Positions 30,413 to 40,229 of a stretch of 64,000 nucleotides of DNA are shown here, piece after piece (position 1 is the stretch's first letter; every line of letters begins with the position of its first letter). Source of the DNA: a virus (taxonomy: Duplodnaviria > Caudoviricetes); the IMG/VR virus record IMGVR_UViG_3300035497_000279, positions 64,001-128,000 of that record; one strand, 5' to 3'. The position numbers and the translations under genes were made by a program. Below the pieces are notes generated by a model that did not search any database, was not told the origin of the DNA, and saw only the letters and a list, made by a program, of their open reading frames with translations.

Positions 30413-31783
30413 ATGGTTTTTGAATCAAATGTAGAGAATACATCAAATGAAATTCTTGGAATTCGTAAATCATATTCAGACTATAGCGTATATAGTTCTG
30501 GTGTTGCTACCCATGATTATACATACGAATGCTGTTATGAATCTTATATCCAAAATAAGATTAACAATGAACAGCGTTTAGCATATATGATTAATTCTAC
30601 TCTCGCATTAACCAATGAGTCAGCTATTATGCTTGAAGCCAAGGTTGGAGATAAGATTAAGTCTGGCTGGACTAAGCTTATTGAGTTTATCAAAAAAGTT
30701 GGCGCTAAATTTATGGAGAGTTTATCTAATATCTTACTTAATCAGAAAGACTATCTTGAGAAATATAAAGATATTATTCTGAATAAGAAGCCTAAAGATG
30801 ATCTTAATTTTTCATATACTGGAAATTATGATGAAGCTGCTGATAGACTTGTTAATAAAGAACTTCCAGTGTTTAATTATGCAACACATAAGAAAGCTTT
30901 AGAGGCAGAGGGTGATAAAGAAATCGCAGAGCAAATTATTAATGATAGTGCTAAATTTACTTACGATGAAAATGAAACTCTAGCCGATCAGTTTAAAGTA
31001 TATTTCATGGGCGGAGATGATCAAAAAGAAGGAAAATTCTCAGATCTTAATTTCACCACCATGTATAATTTCTGTTATAATTTTGAGAAAATTAAAGCTT
31101 CAACAGATAAGGATACTAAGCATCTTGAACAGTCTAAAACAGCTATTGATAATGCTATAGATTCTGAATTTAAAAATGCTGGAGTTGCAGAGGCTGCTGC
31201 ATATGGACAGCGTAATAGATCTTATGTACAAGAAGGGCCGAATGATGAAACAAATGCAGAAAAAACTAGCGAAGAGAAGAAGAGTTCAGATAATGATGGC
31301 AATGAGAAGAAAAAAGATGGTGTTACCATAACTAGTACTAAAGATCCTTCAAAAGCTATTAATTCTTATGGTGATAGAAGAAATGATAATCTTACTAAGG
31401 ATCAAGCAAAAGATGCTATAGATGGAGCTGCTAATGATTATAAAGACGAGAAGAATTCAGATGCTATAAATAAAGTTAAAGACATGGTTGATAAATTTAC
31501 TGAAGTATGTAGAACATTTATCACTGCTAAATATACTGCATGTGAAAAGATTTCTCAGCAGATGATGGAAATTATTAGAGCTCATGTACGTTCTTATGGC
31601 GGTAAAGATTTAAAAGATAAATCTACAAACACTGGTAAAAAGGACGGTAAAGAATATAGCAAGGGACAACCACAGCAAACAGAAGAACCTAAGGAAGAAG
31701 AACCTAAGAGAAATAGTGTTACTGCGGAAAGAATTAAGAGCAGATTTCAGAAATCTGGCGAAAATAATAATCAAGAAGATTAA
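30413..31783 (+). CDS. internal head protein paralog 4
   Basis: MLEA plus KIKSGWTKLIEFIKKV..DYLEKYKDIIL. Confidence 0.6.
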   Translation: MVFESNVENTSNEILGIRKSYSDYSVYSSGVATHDYTYECCYESYIQNKINNEQRLAYMINSTLALTNESAIMLEAKVGDKIKSGWTKLIEFIKKVGAKFMESLSNILLNQKDYLEKYKDIILNKKPKDDLNFSYTGNYDEAADRLVNKELPVFNYATHKKALEAEGDKEIAEQIINDSAKFTYDENETLADQFKVYFMGGDDQKEGKFSDLNFTTMYNFCYNFEKIKASTDKDTKHLEQSKTAIDNAIDSEFKNAGVAEAAAYGQRNRSYVQEGPNDETNAEKTSEEKKSSDNDGNEKKKDGVTITSTKDPSKAINSYGDRRNDNLTKDQAKDAIDGAANDYKDEKNSDAINKVKDMVDKFTEVCRTFITAKYTACEKISQQMMEIIRAHVRSYGGKDLKDKSTNTGKKDGKEYSKGQPQQTEEPKEEEPKRNSVTAERIKSRFQKSGENNNQED

Positions 31784-31821
31784 GGCTAAATAAATAATAG
31801 TGACATATATAGAAAATAAAC

Positions 31822-31845
31822 CCCTCTAGGAAATTTCCTAGAGGG
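31822..31845. terminator. hairpin CCCTCTAGG-aaattt-CCTAGAGGG between convergent genes
   Basis: Perfect stem with A-rich and T-rich flanks. Confidence 0.75.
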
Positions 31846-31854
31846 AGTTTTATT

Positions 31855-33054
31855 CTATCCTATCATATGTAAATTAATCATAGATGTCATTATAAATGAT
31901 TCATCTTCTCTACTATAAACTTCACGTTTTCTAGATAATAAATAAGTACCATTAAATTCTTTGTATGCATCAATATGATTTACTGATATTTTCTTATTTA
32001 TAGTAAATATATTTGTATCTAAATCATTCTTGCTAAAGTATAAGAAGAAATTACTATTGTTAGAATCTGCTTCTATATTTTTTATCATATTATCATTATC
32101 GTTATTCAATCTAGTACTAACAGTTTTCTCTTTAGAATAAGATGCTGTATTATTAAGTTTGCTAGTAGTAGTTCCACTAGATGTCACAGCTTTAATAGAT
32201 GATTTACTCTTATTAGCAATAGTGTTATCAAATACTTGTGTATCTGCATAACTTACAGGAATCTCATAAGCTTTACTAGATTTATTATCTATAAATCCAA
32301 TATCATTTGCTTCTGAATCTAATATGTCTTTTATCTGGACTACAACAGATCCATACTTATCTATTTTATTATCAATACTCTTACCAGAAGAACTAATAAC
32401 ATAAGTACAGTTAAAATCTTGATAATATCTGTAGGGGGTATCATAGAATACCCAATAATCGTTCAGAGCTTTAAGAGCCTTTCTCACAGAGTCCTTTACA
32501 GGCAGGATGAGTTGCGAGAAATTTTTATTGTTAGAAAATGTTTCTAAAACTAATGGATAAAAGTCCTTCATTATATATTTAACCATATCATTCATTGATG
32601 TATTTTTAGCATTTATTTCTATAGATTTTTTATTAAGATTAACATGATCTATACATAATAATCCTATAGAGACAGCTTTATATGTGTTCTCCATATTCTC
32701 TTCATTTGTTTTTTCATTATAATCAATACTATCATTTTGATTTACATCATTTGGTAGAAAGTATGTGAATTTCTTACAAAAACATTCTATATTTTCTTTG
32801 GAGTCTGTTAAATCATCATATTTATATATTGCTAATGCAAATAAATTAGTATCGCAATTCTTAATCATATGATCAATTAATTTTTTATCTATATTAAGAT
32901 TAAGATATACTAGTGGCATACATAAGTTATCATAGTCATGATCTATAATAATAGACTTTATACATTCATTTTTTATTGAAGTGTAAGTAATATCAGATAT
33001 ATTTAAATAGAGTAACTTTACAGTATACCGATATTGAGCATATCGTTTAGACAT
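31855..33054 (-). CDS. putative tail/baseplate hub-like protein
   Basis: Late promoter on the minus strand (33074-33087); beta-rich sequence; the assignment rests on weak resemblance only. Confidence 0.45.
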   Translation of the reverse strand: MSKRYAQYRYTVKLLYLNISDITYTSIKNECIKSIIIDHDYDNLCMPLVYLNLNIDKKLIDHMIKNCDTNLFALAIYKYDDLTDSKENIECFCKKFTYFLPNDVNQNDSIDYNEKTNEENMENTYKAVSIGLLCIDHVNLNKKSIEINAKNTSMNDMVKYIMKDFYPLVLETFSNNKNFSQLILPVKDSVRKALKALNDYWVFYDTPYRYYQDFNCTYVISSSGKSIDNKIDKYGSVVVQIKDILDSEANDIGFIDNKSSKAYEIPVSYADTQVFDNTIANKSKSSIKAVTSSGTTTSKLNNTASYSKEKTVSTRLNNDNDNMIKNIEADSNNSNFFLYFSKNDLDTNIFTINKKISVNHIDAYKEFNGTYLLSRKREVYSREDESFIMTSMINLHMIG

Positions 33055-33073
33055 ATAAATCACCTCCAATTAA

Positions 33074-33132
33074 CTTAATTCAATGTGCTCAATTTACTTA
33101 TTTAAATTAAAGCCATTAAACAGACTAATAAT
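33074..33132. promoter_or_regulatory. divergent late promoter pair: CACA-TTGAAT-TAAG (-, 33074-33087) and AACA-GACTAA-TAAT (+, 33119-33132)
   Basis: Between the divergent genes 33054(-) and RNAP 33152(+). Confidence 0.6.
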
Positions 33133-33151
33133 ACCGAAAGGAGGTCTTAGG

Positions 33152-36100
33152 ATGTTATATTTGGATGATATAAAGTATATGAAGCTTTATAAAAAGCAAT
33201 TTTATGCTCCAGTAAATAAAAAAGATAAAAAGCATGGCTCTGCCATACTTTTACTAACTCCGAATTATGAAGCATCTAAATATCTTATGAATAATAAGTT
33301 CATGATTAATCGTAATCAGCAATTTATTTCATATTATTTAGAGAAAGATATTATGTATACAATAAACCAAGAATCCAAAAGATTAGAGATTGATCATATT
33401 GATTATTATCCTACAGCAATTAATGAGCAACCTACAGTATTTACAGAGACTACAGATGTTGCTGTGTATGAAGAATCTTTAGATTCAGAGTATATTAATG
33501 AATTATACTGTAAGATTGGTGATAAGATGATCTTTTTCAATGAGATGTATGATGAAGATATCTTTAATGAAGCAACCAAAAATAACAGTATGAATTCTAA
33601 ATATAAGAGATTGTTATACTATGATCGTATTAGAAATAATCGTGAAGTATTACAGCTCTATAAGAAAGTTAAAGCAGACAATCCTAAGATAAAGAAAACC
33701 TTTATTAATTATTCAAGATATAAACAGCTTAACTTATTCGTTGATTTGTATTATTATAATCAGGTTTATCTTAATAATAATAACTATAATATGATTCGTT
33801 CAGTAGATATGTACTTTGAATTTATTAGAAGATTTATTATGGATAAACGTATAGATGCTGCTGGATATACCAAGAAGACAGTATTTGTTCCAGTAAACTT
33901 TTGGAGTAGATTGCCAGATACTCAGGTTATTGATTATAAAAAGAATCTTAATCCATTATCAATATTCTATAAGAAACTTAGATTTACTCCAGATGATTTT
34001 AATGTATATAATGGAATTGATTTCATATTCTTTGGAGATAATGCTTATTTTAAGTTTAATCCAACTGAGATTAATAAACAGACTTATATGAAGTTTGCTA
34101 GATTCATTAAAGCTCTTACTGATAATGAAGAAGTAGATGATTCAGATGAACCTGACAACTCAGCAGCTGGTATTGCTACTGAAATTATTGATAAATTGGA
34201 TATCAATAAAGGTATTAAGATTCATGATCTTACAGGAGAATCTCATTCAGAGGATGAACAGGAACAACTTAAAGCAGAGTTAGTAAAGAAGATTAATAAT
34301 GCTTCTGAGAATGCTCCAGATGAAGAAACAGCATTAAACACATTAGAAGAAGATGATGATATAAAGAGAATTATATCAGATCTTGAAGATCAGGCAGATG
34401 ATAACATTAAAATATCTGCTGCTAGAACTAATCGTATTGTTAAGTCTAAAGACAAGTTTATGGAGAAGAAGATTAAAGATAAAACTGTTAGTGAGCTTGT
34501 CAATGAGACAAATAAGCCTGAAGAATTACCTGAGACTGCTTTACCAATTGATACCATTAATGATGAATGGAAACATATGAAAGCAGTTAATTTTGAGAAG
34601 GAATATGATCTAGATGCAGATATCGTTAAGATTCTTAATAGTCTTAGTGATACAAATAAAGAATACCCTATATCTATATTAGATATTGCTATAGAAGATA
34701 CATCTACATCAGAAGATAGTATTTATACTTATACAGTTAAATGTGAAGATTACTCTGGTAAAAGATTTACTCTTAAATTTGATATTCCTAAGTTTAGAGA
34801 TAATAGATTTATGAGATTGAGAGGTAATGAGAAGATCTTCTCTGTAGAATTACCTCTTATACCGATATCTAAAACCGATGATGATACTGTGCAGATTGTT
34901 TCTTTCTATAATAAAATATTCATTGAAAGGTATAATACATCTTCTGGCAAGAGTTCTAAATCAGCATCTAAACTAATTAAAGCTTTAAGCAAATATAATG
35001 GTAATAATATCAAAATTGTTAATGGAGATAATACAAGAATTTGTAGTAAATATGAATTACCAATAGATTATATAGATTTAGCATCTACATACTCTAAGAT
35101 TATCATTAAAGATCATAAGGCTACAGATGGAATTATTATTTATTTCAATCAAGATGAATTAAGAGAAAATATTGATGTTGATTTATCTAAAGGAATTCCT
35201 TATGCTATAAAGACTTTAAATAATAAATCTGAAGTTATATATTGGGAAGATAGTGTTTATGATAAGATGATTGACGCTATGGTATATACATGCTTAATTT
35301 CAGACCAAGAATTTTTGAATTTATACAATTCTCAATCACCAACAAATAAGTGTACTTACTCTAGAGCAAGTATATTAAATACTGATATTCCCGTAATAGT
35401 AATATTAGCTCATGATCTTGGTTTGATTAAGGCTATGAGTTTAGCAGAAATTAAATATGACATAACTGAAAAGCGTCCTAAGGGAGATTGGGGAGACTAT
35501 GTTAAATTAGCAGATGGTTATTTATGCTGGAGTGATGATTCATATGAATCATCTATGCTTATGAATGGGTTAAAAGATTGTAATATGGAGTATGTACAAA
35601 TTAAAGATTTGAACTCTAAAATTACTTGGGTTAATATTCTTGATAATTTTGGTGGTAAAATTAAATCTGATGGTTTGACAAACTTTAAAGATCTTATGTA
35701 TGACCCAATCACTGTAGATATATCTAAAGATTATAATCTACCAGATAATTATCATGAAGCATTAATTTATGCTTCCAATCTCTTAGTGGATAATAAGTTT
35801 ACATCTCATACAGATATTAGTACAAATAGATACCGTACTAATGAGGTTGTTGCTGCACAGTTCTATAGAGTATTATCAGATTCTTATAAAGAATATGCTC
35901 TACAGAATAAACGTGGTAGAAAAGTTCCAATGACTATGAAGCAATCTGCTGTTATTGATTTAATATTAGCACAGAATACTACATCAGACTTATCTGTATT
36001 TCAACCTCTATTAGAGATAGAAACAAAGAATACTATCTCAACCAAGGGTGTTACAGGAATGAACTCTGAAAGAGCATATAAGATAGATAAGCGTGGATAT

Positions 36101-37498
36101 GATGATTCTATGGTTAATATTATTGCTCAGGCTACAGGATTCGCATCTACAGTTGGTGTAAATAGACAGACTACAATAAATCCTAATATTGTTGGTGGCA
36201 GAGGCTACTTTAAACAATCTGGAGAAGAAAACATGAGTGTTACTAACACTATGTGTATGACAGAAGCTTTGTCCCCATTTGTTATAACCTCTGATGACTT
36301 ATTTAGAAACGATATGACTTTCGTACAGACAGCTAAACATTCTACACCAATAGAATATGGTACTCCTTTATTAGTAACTACTGGAGCTGATGCTGCTATG
36401 CCGTATCTATGCTCAAATATGTTTGCTGCTAAGTCTAAGGCTAAAGGAACAGTAAAAACCATAACCGATGACTATATGTATATAGAATATGATGATGGTA
36501 GAACAGATTATATTAGATTAGATGAGCAGACTATGAAGAATTCTGATGGTGGATTCTATATTAGTCTACAGTTAAAGACTGATCTTAAAGAAGGTTCTAG
36601 AGTTAAAGCAGGAGAGATTCTTGCTTACGATAAGAAATCATTCTCAAGAGCTGTAGGAACAGGGCAAGTATCTTATAATATGGGATGCTTAGTTAAAGCT
36701 GCTATTATGACTACCGAAGATGGATTTGAAGATTCTGGTATATGCTCAGAATGGTTAACCGAAGCAATGTCTTCTGATATTGTAGTAATGAAACCTGTTA
36801 CTCTTCCTCCAATGACTAACGTTCTTTTTATGATTAAGAAAGGTACTGAAGTTAAAGAGGGAGATCCTATATTAATATTCCAGAATGCTTATGATGAAGA
36901 AGATGCAAATATATTGTTAAAGAATCTTAATAATGAAGATGGTGATGTTACAGAGATTGGTAGGAATGTAGTTAAATCTAAAGTAACAGGAGTCATATCT
37001 GATATTAAGATTTATCGTACATGTGAAATAGATGAATTATCAGAAAGTCTTCGTAAGATTGTAAAATCTAGAGAGACTGAAATTAATAGACTTAAGAAAC
37101 TCGCTAAGGATAGCGAAACCGAGGTTCAATTAGATTCTGGTGATAAATTGCCTCAGACTGGTAAATTAAAGAATGTAGATGGTGTTCTTATAGAAATATA
37201 TATGAAATACCATGATAAGTTATCTGTTGGTGATAAGATTGTTGTTCTTAATGCCAATAAGAATGTACTCATGGATATATATGATGATAAAGATGCACCA
37301 TATACAGATTTTGCTCCTGATGAACCCATAGACCAAATAACGTCAGCTAGTTCTATGGACGGCCGAATGGTTACATCAATCATTAAAGTCGGAGCATTAA
37401 ATAAGTTGCTTATATGGATGAGTAGAAGAATCTGTGATATTTATGGGGTAAAGTGGAAGAACCTTCATGAAATTAAAGATGATTTTATGAAGAAATAA
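33152..37498 (+). CDS. rpoB: phage multisubunit RNA polymerase beta-like subunit, probably virion RNAP (split beta lacking the C-terminal part)
   Basis: Beta motifs: TEDGFEDSGI (GYNxED), QTAKH (MQ-RQ region), KEGSRVKAGEILA, KLSVGDKI..NANK (GDK..HGNK), PIDQI..SMDGRM (D..PSRM). Late promoter. N-terminal extension with FNEA-type sites. Confidence 0.85.
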   Translation: MLYLDDIKYMKLYKKQFYAPVNKKDKKHGSAILLLTPNYEASKYLMNNKFMINRNQQFISYYLEKDIMYTINQESKRLEIDHIDYYPTAINEQPTVFTETTDVAVYEESLDSEYINELYCKIGDKMIFFNEMYDEDIFNEATKNNSMNSKYKRLLYYDRIRNNREVLQLYKKVKADNPKIKKTFINYSRYKQLNLFVDLYYYNQVYLNNNNYNMIRSVDMYFEFIRRFIMDKRIDAAGYTKKTVFVPVNFWSRLPDTQVIDYKKNLNPLSIFYKKLRFTPDDFNVYNGIDFIFFGDNAYFKFNPTEINKQTYMKFARFIKALTDNEEVDDSDEPDNSAAGIATEIIDKLDINKGIKIHDLTGESHSEDEQEQLKAELVKKINNASENAPDEETALNTLEEDDDIKRIISDLEDQADDNIKISAARTNRIVKSKDKFMEKKIKDKTVSELVNETNKPEELPETALPIDTINDEWKHMKAVNFEKEYDLDADIVKILNSLSDTNKEYPISILDIAIEDTSTSEDSIYTYTVKCEDYSGKRFTLKFDIPKFRDNRFMRLRGNEKIFSVELPLIPISKTDDDTVQIVSFYNKIFIERYNTSSGKSSKSASKLIKALSKYNGNNIKIVNGDNTRICSKYELPIDYIDLASTYSKIIIKDHKATDGIIIYFNQDELRENIDVDLSKGIPYAIKTLNNKSEVIYWEDSVYDKMIDAMVYTCLISDQEFLNLYNSQSPTNKCTYSRASILNTDIPVIVILAHDLGLIKAMSLAEIKYDITEKRPKGDWGDYVKLADGYLCWSDDSYESSMLMNGLKDCNMEYVQIKDLNSKITWVNILDNFGGKIKSDGLTNFKDLMYDPITVDISKDYNLPDNYHEALIYASNLLVDNKFTSHTDISTNRYRTNEVVAAQFYRVLSDSYKEYALQNKRGRKVPMTMKQSAVIDLILAQNTTSDLSVFQPLLEIETKNTISTKGVTGMNSERAYKIDKRGYDDSMVNIIAQATGFASTVGVNRQTTINPNIVGGRGYFKQSGEENMSVTNTMCMTEALSPFVITSDDLFRNDMTFVQTAKHSTPIEYGTPLLVTTGADAAMPYLCSNMFAAKSKAKGTVKTITDDYMYIEYDDGRTDYIRLDEQTMKNSDGGFYISLQLKTDLKEGSRVKAGEILAYDKKSFSRAVGTGQVSYNMGCLVKAAIMTTEDGFEDSGICSEWLTEAMSSDIVVMKPVTLPPMTNVLFMIKKGTEVKEGDPILIFQNAYDEEDANILLKNLNNEDGDVTEIGRNVVKSKVTGVISDIKIYRTCEIDELSESLRKIVKSRETEINRLKKLAKDSETEVQLDSGDKLPQTGKLKNVDGVLIEIYMKYHDKLSVGDKIVVLNANKNVLMDIYDDKDAPYTDFAPDEPIDQITSASSMDGRMVTSIIKVGALNKLLIWMSRRICDIYGVKWKNLHEIKDDFMKK

Positions 37499-37503
37499 AT
37501 AGC

Positions 37504-37517
37504 AACATAAAAGTAAC
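37504..37517 (+). promoter_or_regulatory. late promoter motif AACA-TAAAAG-TAAC
   Basis: Upstream of 37579. Confidence 0.6.
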
Positions 37518-37578
37518 GTGAATAAAAGTAGGCCGCTTTTAAACGTACAATCTATATAAAATTAAGGAGGTAACTAAG

Positions 37579-38487
37579 ATGGCTGACATCAAAAAGACAC
37601 TCTTGAAGAAGACAATTAATGGTAAGGTCGTAGGTCTGTATCCTCAGACTAGTGCCGACATCGTTACGTACGGCGAATCAAGTACGGTTGCAGCTGAGCT
37701 TGCTGCTATTATTTCCAAAGTTGGCACTACAGACGTGTCAGCACAGATCAGCGCTGCTGTTGAGCAGGCTAAGAAGGATATCTTAGGTCTGGATGATACT
37801 AATACAAAGATCAGCGAGGCGTATGATACTCTTAGAGAGATCGCTGAGTGGATCGAGAATGATACGAATGGAGCCGCTGCCATTGCTAATGACGTAGCTA
37901 CATTGAAGTCAGATCTTAATACAGCTAATACTGGCTTAAAGGCTAGAGTTAGTGCTCTTGAGACTACAGTTGGCGATGCTAATTCTGGTCTTGTTAAGAG
38001 CGTTGCTCAGAATACATCTGACATTTCTACCAACGCTGGAAATATCTCTACAAATACTAGCGATATTACTAAGCTCAAGGGAACAGTTGGTGATTCCACT
38101 TCTGGTCTTGTAGCTGATGTTGCTAAGAATACATCTGATATTAGCACCAACGCTGCAAATATCAAGACAAATGCTGACAATATCTCTACAAATACTAGCG
38201 ATATTACTACACTTAAGGGAACAGTTGGTGATTCCAAGTCTGGCCTCGTAGCTGATGTTGCTAAGAATACATCTGATATTTCTACTAACGCTGCAAATAT
38301 CAAGACAAATGCTGATAATATCGCTACTAACGTTGCAAATATCAAGACAAATGCTGACGACATTGACGCTGCTGAGAAGAGACTTGATAGTCTTGAGGCT
38401 GCTAAGACAACTGTTCAGGTCGTTTCCTCTAGCTACTCTGAGAGCGACATGAACGCTAATGATCTGTACTTCGTAGAAATTGCATAA
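37579..38487 (+). CDS. fibre protein with N-terminal YPxTSAD module and trimeric coiled-coil stalk
   Basis: KTINGKVVGLYPQTSAD; AYDTLREIAEWI fibre motif; I-x-x-N heptads. Confidence 0.7.
   Translation: MADIKKTLLKKTINGKVVGLYPQTSADIVTYGESSTVAAELAAIISKVGTTDVSAQISAAVEQAKKDILGLDDTNTKISEAYDTLREIAEWIENDTNGAAAIANDVATLKSDLNTANTGLKARVSALETTVGDANSGLVKSVAQNTSDISTNAGNISTNTSDITKLKGTVGDSTSGLVADVAKNTSDISTNAANIKTNADNISTNTSDITTLKGTVGDSKSGLVADVAKNTSDISTNAANIKTNADNIATNVANIKTNADDIDAAEKRLDSLEAAKTTVQVVSSSYSESDMNANDLYFVEIA
37960..38370 (+). repeat. in-frame 138-bp tandem unit with 21-bp (heptad) subrepeats
   Basis: aatatctctacaaatactagcgatattacta occurs at 38041 and 38179 (138 bp apart); repeated gcaaatatcaagacaaatgctga. 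Confidence 0.85.
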
Positions 38488-38534
38488 CCGCTTATATAGA
38501 TAGTCTATGACTTCTGTATAAAAGCATAAATAAC

Positions 38535-38562
38535 CCTCTCTGGATATTATTATCCAGAGAGG
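38535..38562 (+). terminator. hairpin CCTCTCTGGATA-ttat-TATCCAGAGAGG
   Basis: 12-bp stem after 38487. Confidence 0.65.
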
Positions 38563-38589
38563 ATAAAAACTTTATAGGGCGGTGAGAAT

Positions 38590-38856
38590 TTGGAAAAGGA
38601 AGTAGAACTTAAAAAGAAGGTAGGCAATTCTGCGTATGTGATTTTCCCAAAAACATCTGCTAAACTAGTTAAGTATTCCGATACTCAATCCATCGCAGAT
38701 GTTCTTGAATCTATTTTGAGTGACATCAAATCGATTAAGAATTCTCTCGCTGTTTCTGAGACAGTATATGCAGCTGATAGTTCTGGTAAGACGATAGATG
38801 ATGGAAGCGGGGCAAACATCATTTTGTTGACTAAGGCTCCAACGACAGAAAGTTAA
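38590..38856 (+). CDS. small YPKTSA-module protein
   Basis: KKVGNSAYVIFPKTSAKLV; TTG start with GGCGGTG ribosome-binding site. Confidence 0.6.
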   Translation: MEKEVELKKKVGNSAYVIFPKTSAKLVKYSDTQSIADVLESILSDIKSIKNSLAVSETVYAADSSGKTIDDGSGANIILLTKAPTTES

Positions 38857-38917
38857 AGCAACCGTTAACAAAACATATGGTGATATTAAGTAAATTCGCG
38901 AATTGACTTACTATTAA

Positions 38918-38944
38918 ACTCCGCTAGGTAATTCCTAGCGGAGT
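38918..38944. terminator. hairpin ACTCCGCTAGG-taatt-CCTAGCGGAGT between convergent genes
   Basis: 11-bp perfect stem. Confidence 0.75.
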
Positions 38945-38957
38945 ACAATTTGTTAAA

Positions 38958-39398
38958 TTAATTTTCATCTTCTGTTTTATTAAGATCCTCAATATCAATT
39001 TTATTAGGATCATTCTTTCTTTGGTATGCTGATATTAAAGCTATTTTATCATCATTACCAGAGATAGAAATTACTAAGTATAAAATAAACTCTTTAGTTT
39101 TCAAGATATCAATTGAGTAATTTACTGATTTAACTCCTGAAAGCATTTTATCAATATTTCTATAAGTAAGGTTTATGATATCATTCTTTTCACCATGAGT
39201 TGAATAAGAACAATTATACTTATCAGTATTATCTTTAATAAAATTAAGATGTATATATACTACCCCCAAATTCTTTACATCTAATACAGCAATCATTGAT
39301 TTGGTTGTACTTTTAATGAAGGCTGCTTTCTGATTTATTAATATAGAATCATCCTCATCTTGTACAATTACTTCTAAATCTAAATCTAATTTTTCCAT
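38958..39398 (-). CDS. hypothetical protein
   Basis: GGGAGGA ribosome-binding site; own late-promoter motif at 39422-39435; hairpin downstream. Confidence 0.6.
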   Translation of the reverse strand: MEKLDLDLEVIVQDEDDSILINQKAAFIKSTTKSMIAVLDVKNLGVVYIHLNFIKDNTDKYNCSYSTHGEKNDIINLTYRNIDKMLSGVKSVNYSIDILKTKEFILYLVISISGNDDKIALISAYQRKNDPNKIDIEDLNKTEDEN

Positions 39399-39421
39399 AA
39401 GTGTATCCTCCCTTACATAAA

Positions 39422-39485
39422 TTTATAAAAATGTTATACCTTATATATTAAACCAAAATACACTTATCTTTAACATTTAAGTATA
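39422..39485. promoter_or_regulatory. divergent late promoter pair: AACA-TTTTTA-TAAA (-, 39422-39435) and AACA-TTTAAG-TATA (+, 39472-39485)
   Basis: Between 39398(-) and 39564(+). Confidence 0.55.
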
Positions 39486-39563
39486 AAAATATCTGAAGAG
39501 TGTATGATAGTTTATCTATCTTCGACAGCTATAAAAATCTAATGAAAGGTGGAATTTATAATT

Positions 39564-40103
39564 ATGAGCGTAGGAAAAGATATTTATAAAGGCGCAATAG
39601 CAAAAGAAATTGAAGGCGAACAACTAGTAATTTATCCAAAAACAAGTGCTGACATGGTAGTCGTAGGGGATTCCACCCTAGATAGTGAGATGACAAAAAT
39701 TAAAAATAATAGTTATCACCCAACCAATACTGCTAGAACTTCTGGCTTATATAATATTACGGTTGATACATATGGGCATGTAACTGGAGCTACAAAAGTA
39801 ACTACTAGTGATTTAACAGCCTTAGGAGTTGCTGAATCTACATCTGTCGAGAAAGTACATAAAGTTGAAGAATTTCTTATTTACTTTAATGATTGGGATG
39901 ATGGAATTCTTGATTTATCATCAAAGTATCCTGATGATAAATATAATGTATATATGGATAGATCATCTAAGATGGATAAAAATCAGGCTACCGCTTTAGC
40001 AAATGCCATTATCTGTGGTGATAGTACTTCTAATAAATTTAAATGCTTAGGCACTGTGCCAACAATTGATATTTGGGTAATGCTTGAAATAGTAGAAAAG
40101 TAA
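39564..40103 (+). CDS. tail-fibre-related protein (YPKTSAD module)
   Basis: KEIEGEQLVIYPKTSAD; SGLYNITVDTYGHVT fibre motif; C-terminal GTVPTIDI domain shared with 40230. Confidence 0.65.
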   Translation: MSVGKDIYKGAIAKEIEGEQLVIYPKTSADMVVVGDSTLDSEMTKIKNNSYHPTNTARTSGLYNITVDTYGHVTGATKVTTSDLTALGVAESTSVEKVHKVEEFLIYFNDWDDGILDLSSKYPDDKYNVYMDRSSKMDKNQATALANAIICGDSTSNKFKCLGTVPTIDIWVMLEIVEK

Positions 40104-40106
40104 ATA

Positions 40107-40132
40107 TAGGGATGGGGTAATTCCCATCCCTA
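40107..40132 (+). terminator. hairpin TAGGGATGGG-gtaatt-CCCATCCCTA
   Basis: 10-bp stem directly after 40103. Confidence 0.7.
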
Positions 40133-40161
40133 AATTCAGCCTATGTATATTTTATTTAAAA

Positions 40162-40175
40162 AACATCTAATTAAT
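40162..40175 (+). promoter_or_regulatory. late promoter motif AACA-TCTAAT-TAAT
   Basis: Upstream of 40230 and the adhesin array. Confidence 0.65.
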
Positions 40176-40229
40176 AATCCGTAGATTAATACAGGTTAAA
40201 AATTTTTAAAGAAAGGAAGGTACTTAAGT

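Noticed and set aside
33152-37498. Intron or intein in the RNAP subunit (common in AR9-like RNAP genes)
   Set aside because: Frame is continuous, and I saw no intein splice motifs or homing endonuclease segment
38887-38910. Imperfect palindrome taagtaaattcgcgaattgactta
   Set aside because: Single, imperfect and adjacent to a stronger hairpin; no second copy noticed
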